DNA of 64,000 nt, from positions 684,233 to 748,232 of the forward strand of contig NMRA01000033.1 in the NCBI GenBank assembly GCA_002633005.1, written 5' to 3'. Below the pieces are notes generated by a model. It saw nothing but the letters and a program-made list of their open reading frames with translations, was not told the DNA's origin and did no database searches. Origin of the DNA: Phoronis australis. Its lineage: Eukaryota; Animalia; Phoronida. Of the stretch, positions 37,601 through 46,995 are shown piece by piece (position 1 is the first letter of the stretch; every line of letters starts with the position of its first letter). Position numbers and translations under genes: made by a program.

Positions 37601-40600
37601 AGCACATACACGCCAATTTTCACAATCATCCCTTGAGCGGTTTGGTTGATAGAGGGGTGGACGCAAAAAACAGACTCGAAAACGGTAAAAATGACCACTA
37701 GGTGGCGCAAACTAAGTCGAATCCATCCGAAAACAGACGGATAGCGTCATCTCATGCCTACATACCACATTTCATGAAAATCCGTTCAGGACTTTTGAAG
37801 ATGCAAAGGTAAGCGTAAAAAACTAAAATTGCCACTAGGGGGCACACCGGTAGTCGGATCCGTCCGAAAGTTCGCTCATGCCGTCCCACTAATGAATGGA
37901 ACATATATGCCAAATTTCATGAACATATGTCAAAGGGTTTTGGAGATAGAGCAGCGGACGCTGGACGGACGCCGCCAGGACGGACGCCGCCAGGACAGAC
38001 GGACGAACGGAGATGACAGCATAATGCGTCCACATACAAATATGTGGGCGCATAAAATTGAAACAGTTTTTCACAGTTTGAAACGGACAACCACTAGAGG
38101 TGGCCTGACCATTTCACAAAAAATGTCAACATCTAGCATTGAATTAGACACTGTGATGTTGCATCACCTAGTCAAAATGGCACACTAGTTCTAGAGGGTG
38201 GGCATGAACAAATATTGAAGATTTATCACAAAGTACACATGAAGCCACTGAAGAATAGGCTTGGCTTGACTTACTTCCCATGCACCACGTCAGTAGCAAA
38301 CTTCAGAGTTTCATCCAATCCATCATCACTCTAAAATGCAAAGCACATTTTTAATTATCGTGCATATATCTTGAACTCTTCTTGCTCCTTAAAGTGATCA
38401 ATATTGGTCATGCCTGAAAAATATGGCTCAAAAGTATTATAATTTTTGGTGCAATAATAATTGTCAACATCAATTACTTTAAGCTGGGACATTTTGTGGA
38501 TGATTTGAATCCATTTTGAAATGCACAGAAATACACTTGACTAGCTTACCTTGGACATTTTCAAACATTCGTTGAGTTTATCTACTCCGGCCTGGAAGTA
38601 ACACAGTCGCTCTCCCCACTTCTGTTGTTCCTCTGATTGGCTACCCAGGTAAAGGTACATAACGCACTGGTAGAATTGCAGCTTAATGTCCATCCGACGC
38701 TTCCAATCCTAATATGATAAGTAAGGTTTAAAGCCTACTTTGAACAGCAACATAGGCCACTCTGAGCTGACCAATGATATAAATAGCTAAATGTGATGAG
38801 CGGTAAGACTATTGACTTAAAATCGCCTACGTCATTGTGAGAATCCTAAAATGGCGTTCTATTCAAACCCCTATTCCATAAAACTACTTTCAGCTTTTCA
38901 TTGTTTACGCTGTCTTATCACCATGATACAATATGGTATGAAAAAGGTAGTTCCCTTTATCACTTGACATGCCAGTGTTTGCTTGCTTAAACGGAGTTCC
39001 TTTACCGTATTCGCCCTAATAAGAGCCCAGGGCGCTTAGAAAAATTTGCTTCAGGAAGGGGGGCACTTATTATAGCCCAAAAGTGGTTGAAACCCGGTCT
39101 CCGAAACAGGTGAAATCGTAAGCTAGAATTCATCAAATTTACGCTCTGTGACGCATCTGTAACATATGACAGAGTTTTTACATAATTGCAGTGCTTTGCT
39201 ATCAAACTCTGTTGTTAAATACGAGAATTTTTCAGAAAATCCCAGTGCGAAAACTCGCCAATAGGCCAACTTGAATTCTTGAGTAAAACTATAGTTTCGA
39301 CTCAAGAAATTACCTGAAGTTCTTTTTAAATTTTCAAAATAGCATCCCTAAGATTTTTAAGTTCCTGTGGAGTCGAGATTAACTGCATATTAAGCCCAAA
39401 TCTGTGTGAGATTGTACTCCGCAACACGAGAAAAATCTCTGGACAAACACACATGCTGTTGTCACGTGATGTTTGTTTTGAAGTTCGTCTGCGTATGTGA
39501 GTGAGAGAGCGCGTGCGTGTCATCAGTGTTCATTTGTCAGAGTAAACGTGATGTAACGATCTAAGTGATCATTGTAACTAAGGAAATTAACACAAGCAGT
39601 AAAGCAGAACGTGTTTATTAAGCACTTGTTGATCTCATCTGCTAAAAAAAGTTCGAGAATTGTCTCGGTAAGGCCGATGTCATTGAGTTGCCGGGTGACT
39701 GGATGTGTGACAGTCTAACAGTTATTTTTCGGGAGATTCGGGGAGTGTAATGGTGCGGAAGTGTTCATTATCAGTGGGTCATTTAGACTTTAAAAACACT
39801 AATTTAAAAATTCCTCCTAAAAATAACACAAACATTTATTATGGTATTAGAAACTTTTGGAAATAATTGTCAGTATTTATTTCTTGCCGATGCTATGCTA
39901 CCCGTTTCATGAATAGAAAGTTCCGAAGACTAATCTTTGATGAATGTAGCGCACCCTTCCTGGCCACGCGCTTTTAACAAAGGTCAAGTTTTTATTAGTC
40001 TTCGATTCGCAGTTTTCACGTGTACAAAGAAATTTGAATCCCTGTTGAGGGAGAAGATCTTTAAGGGAAACATACAGTACAATTTCTTTGACAAGCATGC
40101 TGCGTCTGTTCTGAAAGGGCTCACCATAATAGGACACATCCCTCGCAAGATCAGCAAAACTTGGCAGCGTTCTTTTTGAGGCACGGCAGAAGTTTGAAGA
40201 GTATAGTCAAGGCTAAATACCGACATAGCGGCGAGGCTCGTGGTCTACAAATTCCACGCACAATGATTTTTTCAGGACTGTCGAATTTTGTTGATAAATT
40301 AAAGACGTTATCGTAGAATTTTAGAACTGTATTTAAGGCATTTTTCGCATGTACATTGCGTTCATGGACTGGGCGTTTATTTTAGCAAAGTCTAAAAACG
40401 CGTGGGGGTGCTTATAGAGGGCATGGGCGCTTATTAGGGCGAATGCGGTATGTTGCTTACAGTATTGCCGGACTATATCTGTTAGTGAAATAACAACAAG
40501 AGCAGCCCACAGTTGAGTTGCATGCGTGTCTGCACCGCAAACAATATTCTTCTAGAGGCCACTAGAAGGCGTCAAAAGTCAGAACCATCCGAACATCAAC

Positions 40601-43600
40601 GTCAGTGGTGCTCTAACATGTCAAAAGAAAGATGCAAGAATGCCCATGACCTCACTAGCAAAATGGACGCCACAGAAATGATTGGTTGGTGCGGCTGCAA
40701 TTTTCAATTATGGGAAAGAACTGTAAGTTAATTGTCTATTTCAGATCCACAAGTGAAAATTTCTCATCGCAGGTATTTCGCAAGTGTCTTGTGTCACAAA
40801 ACATACACCAGACAAGGCACGGCAGCTACCACTGTATGCGTTGTATTCCACATCGGTGACTTCGATTGACTTGGAAAGTAATTGTGTAACTAATGTTCAG
40901 AGTGAAGGCATTTATTGATGACAGGACTCCTACATTGGCCTGGCTTCTATTCCCAATGGCACAGTCATTTGAGCCAGAGAATTTACAATTGACTGACCTT
41001 GACTTGTTTTGATCCCATGTAATCCGATGCACTGCTGGAGGACAACTTATCTAGTGCCATCTTGTAGTAATCCACAATCTGTGCCGCAATCTTGGCAGTG
41101 ATGATGTTCTTACGATTGTCAGCCATTGACTTCTCAAGGATACACTCCTGCGCCTGAGCCTGGCGAAAGCAAACGAAGGAAAATTTAGGTTTAAAATATC
41201 AACCATTGTCTACAGATATAGGACAGGAGCACCAAAATTATTGTGAAGGCAGTCAAAGGGGCACACCCATCTACAATATGGACGCAGAGACCCTCTTTCC
41301 TACTGCTATTAGGGGTAGCACTGTGAAACGTTGGTGTAACTAGGCTTCTTACTGCTAAACTGAATGAAATATTTGGACATTCTGATTGGTTGGAAAATGC
41401 CGTTCGGACATTCCAATTGATTGAATGTTGAGACATGCATGACTGTACATTACTCCATCTATTGAGCATTGCCTTGAGGCTTGTCAGTGCTACATGAACA
41501 GGATAAATCAATGCATTCCACACAAGTTTGTTATGTGATTCACTCAGGATAACAAGGCATCAGATAACAGTGATAACCATATGTTTATGACAAACATACA
41601 AATTGAGGCATGCACACTGATGTGTACACATGGATTTCTGCCTGTTGTACATTATCCTTTCTGAGTCATTTTCCTCTACAGATGGGGCTGTGAAACAGGG
41701 CATCCTGGTTTTGCCTATGTCCAATAGGGGGTTCTACAACACTTATGATACGCACAGGTGAGTTTAAAAGTGAGTAACCTGAAGCATCATGGTGGATTGA
41801 ATCAAAGTGCTTGAAAACGGATTTCAAATCATAAACTTCCCATTTTCAAAGCAAACCACAAATTCAGAGTCATTACCGATCTGCAATGAATGCTATGTCA
41901 TATTGAAAATAGTAAATCAACCATTAAAGCAACTATCAACAAGCTAAAATAAACACGAAACAGCATTGAAGTTGGTAAAATAACATCATTATTAACAAAT
42001 CAAAGCCTGAAGACGTATAGGGAAAAGTCGTCATAACTAGCGATAACCAATTATTCCAGCTTCTTTGACAGTGAATCTTGTTTTCACTCGTCTTCATGAT
42101 TCATTCACCCAGTCTTCATGACAGCGACTTCAGTATGATTTCATCATCCAATTATCTTCAAAGTGAATTGTGTGTGACAAGCTTTACCCACCAGCATGAG
42201 ACAACTTTGGAAGGACAACAAGTCATATGTACAGTCTTCAGTAAGTACAGAGGCGAACTGGTCCTTGACTTGTTGAAAGGCCCACGAGGCACACTGAAAG
42301 TGTGTACAGGACACCTTCATACCCTACAAATACAAAGTGTACTGTCTCAGGACACACAACAAGGAAAGATTCGTGGAAGGTTTTTAAACTCGGTCTTTAG
42401 ACCTGCGTGTTTAGGTTAACCACTTAAAGAACATGATGCAACAAAAGTAGATTTTCCCATGAATTAATCAAAATATAATGATTAAGACCGTAGTGAATGG
42501 AGACTATTTTTGTATCATTCAGCTACTTGTTTCACTAATGTCCATTACTATGTATAATGGTGGATATTTTTAGATTAGCTTTCATACTTCTGCCTGGCAC
42601 CTCTGGGAGACCAAAGTTTTATATTTTAGAGGCTCCTCAGAAATAGAAATATTAACATTTGATAACCCCATATAAGCAGTCATAGATCTGTTACAAGAAA
42701 ATTCCAAATTTAACGAAAACTTGCCTCGTGTTTAGTACCAGAACGCAATGGTGCACCAATCTCTTGAAAGAGGAGGCAGTGTGGCCTAGTGAGATAGGTG
42801 TCCGGTTTCTTTACTCGAGGTCGTGGGTTCAAGTTCCACTGGGTCATACTGCTAAGTCATCATGAGTTAGGATCCTAGCTCCTCAGCTCGATTTTAACTA
42901 TATATTAATTAAGCATAAAATGGTTCCCAGTGATCAGTGCATTGACCCATATGCACATCCTGCGCACGTCTGGTATAACGTGTATCAGACCTCCAGGAAT
43001 TATTTTTCTATCTCTTGAAAGTTAACCTAACAAAACCAAAAAAAGCACAACGAAACGTACATCTTGAGAATGAACTCGTAAAACAGACCATCACTCTAGT
43101 TCCCATACAACTCACCTCCGCATTCTGTCGTGTGTCAATGGCTCCAAGTATGGAATGAAGAGCTCCAATATTAAACAAGACATGAGCCTGTTCAAACCGT
43201 AAGTCATGATGACGCAGGCTTTCACCAGTATAAAGGTCTTCCCTGCAAATGATACCCACAACAAATCACGACTAGCATCGCAGTACACGCACACGCGAAC
43301 ACAGAATATTCACAAATATGCAACATCACTATCAATATAGACACACAGGTTTAATTACGAAGGTCATATATACAACAATGCACATCCATTCATTTTTATA
43401 AAACAAAAATTAATCTAACAACAGTTTATCTGGACCATCATATGATCTTGACAGTGCTGAACACTTCCTTTTTATTGTTAGTAACCATTAGAGCAAAATC
43501 AGTTTTCTGCCATTAAGCCATGTGCAATCATCCGGTAAATTTACACTCTTGCTTTACGAAACTGTGAGACGTGTATACATGAATTTTACATATAATTCAT

Positions 43601-44987
43601 CAACCAAAGTTTCAATTAATTCTACAATATTTCATTCACAAAAACACATACTTTACGCCATGAATTTATTCATCACACAACCGAAATGTTTCAAATGCTT
43701 CAAATTATATGCACAGACCAGGTTTCCAGCATGCAAACTACACAGTCATTTCAGTGTTCAAAATGATGATTTCACACAAAAGACCACACAAATGACATGT
43801 AGAGCCTACCAGACAAACTCCACAGATTTGGTGTCAGCGAGAGACGAGAACCTGCTTCTCAGGAAGTTGAGCTGTGCATAATACTTCTTGAGGGTACTAC
43901 ATCCCATGAAGTCCCTTGCCAACCTGGAGGTGGCGCTCTGCACAAAATTTATTGACAATGGTTCGTTACACCCAAATCAACACTAGCTCCTGCCCATATA
44001 ACAGTTTCATCAAATTACACGCTGAAATACAACATTGCTGTTGAACAAGGTAATAAATATTGAGTTATAATTTATAGATCTCTAATTTAAAGTTACATTG
44101 ATCGCTGCTTTGTTGGGTTAAAAACACAACCATTTCAAAGAAAGCTATGTTTTATTAAGTCAAAATCAACACCCTGGAAAGCAAGAAGTGTTAAGTTGTC
44201 ATATTTTTTTCTCGATTTTTTCTGACCGTCGCAAAATCACAATCAATATACCATCAGTATTGTTTGGCTACAGTCTGGGGTTACCAGGATTTCAAAAACA
44301 AAAGGTCCAAAACAAACTTCCAATTTCCTAGGGCGGCCATTACTATGGATGCATGACTGTGCTTTGATGACACCACGTCAAATTAGAGTTTTATTGTAGT
44401 ATGTTACTGTGGATACATGGGTCTGCAATATCTTAACCAAATATATTCTAAACAGGTGAATGGGCTATCAGAGCTGTTGTTCCCAACATAACTACTTGCT
44501 AAACGCGGCCTCGAAGCTAGGGTGTTTAAATTTAGGGTTTCCATTTGGACGCCCTGGATGCCTGCTCATTCATAACAAGGATCAACATTTTTACAGCACA
44601 AATTATAGCAAAACACCGTTATTCATTAGTTTAACTTTTAAGTCAACATTACTAGAATAGGCAAAGAATGTTAAAATAAAGCATGCTGGTAGATTGATCT
44701 CAATTAGTTCTGTTAAAATCATGCTTTGGTGTTTAATAATCTGGGGGCTGAGAAGTTCAACCAGGATAGTGAAGCTTTGACCTGCAAAATTGTACAACTC
44801 AACATTATTGGACTCTACTCGTAATACGTCATCTTGCTTGCAGACAATTGTCTGCTTTGGGAATACAGTTCTTGTTAACGCCACTGGTATAGACAATTAT
44901 GACACTAATTACCACTCTGAGCTGGTCAATCTCTGTACACTGTTGACTGTAGTCCTCTGGGTTTTCATGGTATGTGGTTTGTATGAT
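19112..44987 (-). CDS. PTPN23: Tyrosine-protein phosphatase non-receptor type 23 (HD-PTP / Myopic orthologue), spliced, 5'-incomplete
   Basis: 20 phase-consistent exons (6924 nt including stop). Bro1 motifs (FEQAHVLFNIGALHS, MKVSCTHFQ, AQAQECILEK, AKKDNDFVYH, PDIFSKLVP), V domain, Pro-rich region, PTP domain (KNRHSDIMPYD, DYINAS, DFWLMV, VHCSNGVGRTG), and C-terminus DPLSMLDPLWT as in HD-PTP. Confidence 0.95.
20580..21240 (-). mobile_element. Diverged/truncated relative of the same HINE family
   Basis: ~140 bp repeats with the CCACYAGRGGG motif; end (gatgacggcaatatgcacccatatat) resembles the 38010-38056 terminus. Confidence 0.55.
21289..21488 (-). CDS. PTPN23: PTPN23 exon (P-loop and Q-loop)
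   Basis: NGVGRTGVFC...LRQQRKHMVEDKDQLTLCY. Confidence 0.9.
22159..22263 (-). CDS. PTPN23: PTPN23 exon (PTP, up to VHCS)
   Basis: TVPDNPAQLLVFVSEVMHYYHQQRVLSKPVLVHCS. Confidence 0.9.
22931..23193. mobile_element. MITE (PIF/Harbinger-like termini)
   Basis: tttcatgaaattgac...gtcaattttcatgaaa inverted ends. Confidence 0.5.
23484..23536 (-). CDS. PTPN23: PTPN23 exon (WPD-loop equivalent)
   Basis: TNRTRTVVHLQFSAWPVG. Confidence 0.85.
24254..24379 (-). CDS. PTPN23: PTPN23 exon (PTP)
   Basis: QNSRYYPSDRSVMTHG...ERHINMTHKP. Confidence 0.85.
24699..24836 (-). CDS. PTPN23: PTPN23 exon (PTP)
   Basis: KVIAAQAPLPHTFPDFWLMVYEQGVEVITMV. Confidence 0.9.
25202..25266 (-). CDS. PTPN23: PTPN23 exon (PTP)
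   Basis: YDEKRVVLTTSKDDYINASHIE. Confidence 0.9.
25912..26008 (-). CDS. PTPN23: PTPN23 exon (PTP motif 1)
   Basis: ELNADQEK...AIARCYSMKNRHSDIMP. Confidence 0.9.
26072..26255 (+). mobile_element. tRNA-derived SINE fragment
   Basis: Near-collinear with 42771-42955; degenerate A/B boxes. Confidence 0.6.
26486..27629 (+). mobile_element. piggyBac-like deletion derivative (1144 bp)
   Basis: TTAA|CCCTTATCCTGC ... GCAGGATAAGGG|TTAA; internal acidic peptide (KMTVDQFLEEVFMDSDSE) resembles a piggyBac transposase N-terminus. Confidence 0.8.
28409..28596 (-). CDS. PTPN23: PTPN23 exon (pre-PTP segment)
   Basis: DVQAMNG...FVVDVEKFEKVVDGL...GPTPLENEWK. The phase-compatible acceptor is an AAG, so the 5' boundary is less certain. 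Confidence 0.75.
28917..32246 (-). CDS. PTPN23: PTPN23 giant exon (3330 nt, Pro/Gln/Ser-rich repeat region)
   Basis: Acceptor tttcag at 32247, donor G|gtaagt; open frame (ORF 28861-32244); starts PPSRPVAPKP like the HD-PTP Pro-rich region. Confidence 0.9.
29830..30240 (-). repeat. 54-bp (18-aa) coding tandem repeat PPQxQP(T/A)QGI(R/K)PxLPPxV, about 7 copies
   Basis: Visible in translation and in DNA (ggctgactctgagg...tataccttg recurring). Confidence 0.85.
31040..31760 (-). repeat. ~30-bp (10-aa) degenerate coding repeat xGxNMPxxxx
   Basis: AGQNMPPAGA GQNMPTAGT GQQMPTGGV GPNMPTAS and many more divergent copies upstream. Confidence 0.8.
32665..33010 (-). CDS. PTPN23: PTPN23 exon (V domain)
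   Basis: ALFQEELKKH...EQNLSAQPNILKALTAANA...KGIEFF. Confidence 0.9.
33574..34088. mobile_element. Tc1/mariner-type MITE
   Basis: TA|CAGGGCGATTC ... GAATCACCTTG|TA. Confidence 0.65.
34223..34892 (-). CDS. PTPN23: PTPN23 exon (V/coiled-coil domain)
   Basis: SEEKAKMLR...LLEKCARLSVRP...DDIT...E. Confidence 0.9.
35314..35508 (-). CDS. PTPN23: PTPN23 exon (end of Bro1)
   Basis: YNAAKKDNDFVYHDKVP...PDIFSKLVPMEVHEAASLY. Confidence 0.9.
36338..38056 (-). mobile_element. Helentron/DINE-1-like non-autonomous element (HINE), longest copy, in a PTPN23 intron
   Basis: On the - strand: 5' TTTTATGCGCCCAC + hairpin + GTCC repeats, 10 internal ~145 bp monomers in ~440 bp trimers, inverted sub-terminal copy GTGGGCGCAT, 3' end ...gctcttgtt. 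Confidence 0.75.
38275..38330 (-). CDS. PTPN23: PTPN23 exon (Bro1)
   Basis: SDDGLDETLKFATDVVHGK. Confidence 0.85.
38550..38708 (-). CDS. PTPN23: PTPN23 exon (Bro1)
   Basis: DWKRRMDIKLQFYQ...EEQQKWGERLCYFQ...MSK. Confidence 0.9.
39005..40448 (+). mobile_element. TA-flanked TIR element (Tc1/mariner/pogo-like ends) carrying a decayed HIRAN-like coding fragment
   Basis: TA|CCGTATTCGCCCTAATAAG ... CTTATTAGGGCGAATGCGG|TA; internal SSIRSFHVYKEI*IPVEGE / FDKHAASVLKGLTIIGHIPRKISK / GLQIP. Confidence 0.8.
40998..41159 (-). CDS. PTPN23: PTPN23 exon (Bro1)
   Basis: AQAQECILEKSMADNRKNIITAKIAAQIVDYYK...VK. Confidence 0.9.
42192..42323 (-). CDS. PTPN23: PTPN23 exon (Bro1)
   Basis: GMKVSCTHFQCASWAFQQVKDQF...LML. 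Confidence 0.9.
42771..42955 (+). mobile_element. tRNA-derived SINE fragment
   Basis: A-box-like TGGCCTAGTGAG and B-box-like GGTTCAAGTTCC followed by a body shared with 26072-26255. Confidence 0.65.
43116..43242 (-). CDS. PTPN23: PTPN23 exon (Bro1)
   Basis: EDLYTGESLRHHDLRFEQAHVLFNIGALHSILGAIDTRQNAE. Confidence 0.9.
43810..43937 (-). CDS. PTPN23: PTPN23 exon (Bro1)
   Basis: SATSRLARDFMGCSTLKKYYAQLNFLRSRF...EFVW. Confidence 0.9.
44913..44987 (-). CDS. PTPN23: PTPN23 exon (Bro1 N-terminus)
   Basis: IIQTTYHENPEDYSQQCTEIDQLRV, bounded by cag|...|gtaatt. Confidence 0.85.
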
Positions 44988-45128
44988 CTGAAAATGACAG
45001 GTGACAAAACCTGAACTTTCACAAAGACAAGACTTTCACCTTTTGCAACTCACTACAATTTGATACCGCAAACTTTTGCAGATAAAAACGTGTATTGTTA
45101 TGGGAGCTGCATTATTAACTGAATGGAG

Positions 45129-45806
45129 CCGGGGGAGGGGGGGGGGTTGTCACATAGACACAGTGAATAAGGATGCGCCGCCAACTGATGTGAGTATTTT
45201 GGCCCTCTCAGGTATTGTCATGGATGGTCACTTTGGCTTAAGGTATTGTCTTAGATAGGTATCTGGGATACTTCAAGTATTGTCTTGGGTGGGTAAAATG
45301 AGAGAAATCATCAGGTCAGTATTTTTGACCGAGAGTTTGTCATCATAAAAAATCTTCAAGAAACCAACTAAAAACCCAACCGCACATGCCGAGAACGACG
45401 CAGAACACTTGTCCAACAAAAATCAAACTCCTTCCATAAAGAGTACTCCAGGTAATGCAATCGTATTCGTTCAAAAATTTTGTGCCATTTCCTCCATAAC
45501 CAAGAGGCGACATTTTTTGTGTCACTACCACGATCGAGGGCCTTGGACCCAAAACTAGCACTTCACGCAAATTATCAAACTAAACACTATTTTAGAGGCG
45601 TTGACACCAGAGGGTATTCGCAAAGTTGGTATTGCCTTGGGTAGGTATATTAGGTATTTTAGTTGGTATGTAGTCTCGGGTAGGGTTTTTCATCATTTGG
45701 TATTGTTTAGGGCGGGTATTCTGTCACCTGCCAAGGTATTGTGTTGGTCTGGATTTTGACCTCACAGTGTCACACCCCTATCCACTTTTTGGAGAACCCC
45801 CCCCGG
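45129..45806. mobile_element. Mutator-like (MULE) non-autonomous element with 9-bp TSD
   Basis: TGAATGGAG duplicated at 45120-45128 and 45807-45815; CCGGGGG...CCCCGG ends; sub-terminal GGTATT repeats. Confidence 0.8.
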
Positions 45807-46995
45807 TGAATGGAGTGTACATGATGTCAAAGCAAAACACCCAAGATAGGTCTGAGCTTCCCAAGAAGGACGATTCCTATGCCACTTGGGCACTGGGATA
45901 GTTTATGCAAATAACACCTCACCCTGGCCAAGGGAGCATATCGTGGTCTTTTCAGAATATACCACTCACTCACTATATATAATAAAGGAGTGTAATAAAT
46001 AACAATAAAAATATAAAACAACAAAAAGAACAGTCAATGAACGATCCCAAACAAAGATCGAGCAGCAGCCCACCACCATGACTGGGTAGCCAGCATGTCG
46101 TATGGTGGCGAGACTGAGAATCTTGTGAGACTTCCGGGAGATCATAGTACAGCTTGAAAGCATGTGCTTTTACTCCCTCAGTACACTCAAGGTATCTGCT
46201 AAAAAGATTGAGATAAGCACCTATAGCCAGGGTGCTACCTGTGTAATTTGCATAAAATATCCCAATGTATGCAGTCACAAACCATTGTTACTGAAATGTG
46301 CTGGTTTTCCTTGCAGTTTTTGCAAATGGCAGTTTCCAAAGAAATTTGACGAAACGTGGACTGTGTGATCTTTGCAATAGTTTAAAAACATATATGGGTC
46401 ATGAAATAATCATCCTCTGTTCTGTTCGTATTTCCTGCACAAGAATTAGCAACCCAAAATTAACGAAATTTGTTGATAAACACAACCACCTTCAAAATGG
46501 AGACTTTAACGACTGTATCCGCATCCGCTAGACTAAAGTCGGTCTCATTTCTAAATCAACCAATGGCATTTATTAAGTACAAACTAGGCCATTATTAGTA
46601 GGTTAATTGTTGACATTTTTCCACAAATCACAACTTACGGCAGTATACTCAGCGACAAGATGGCGTCAAGAGCAAGGCATGTGTGTGGAAAATGTTGGCA
46701 TTTTTGCACATATATATATATATACTGCCGACTTCTTTCATTAAATGACTTTTTCGGTTTCTGTTAGGAACTGCTATGGTATTATGCTTCATTCAGGTCT
46801 CACAAGTACCACCGGAACGATATTAATTTACAATATTTGGGCAAAGTTGTGTTTCACGGTTTAACAACCTAGCGGTCACGAGTCTAACTGTATGTGGCAT
46901 ATGGCATCACAGGCGTCCTTAGATTCTGATTGTACCCATTACATTACATAAACGGTAATACTAAAAGGTCTGACACTCGGGACAAGGAATTCCAC

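Noticed and set aside
36338-38056. Regularly spaced conserved motif resembling a CRISPR array
   Set aside because: Eukaryotic intron; the 'spacers' are ~130 bp and homologous to one another; TE-type termini; no cas genes.
42771-42850. tRNA gene
   Set aside because: A/B boxes are present but there is no convincing cloverleaf, and the downstream body is shared with a second copy, so it is a SINE.
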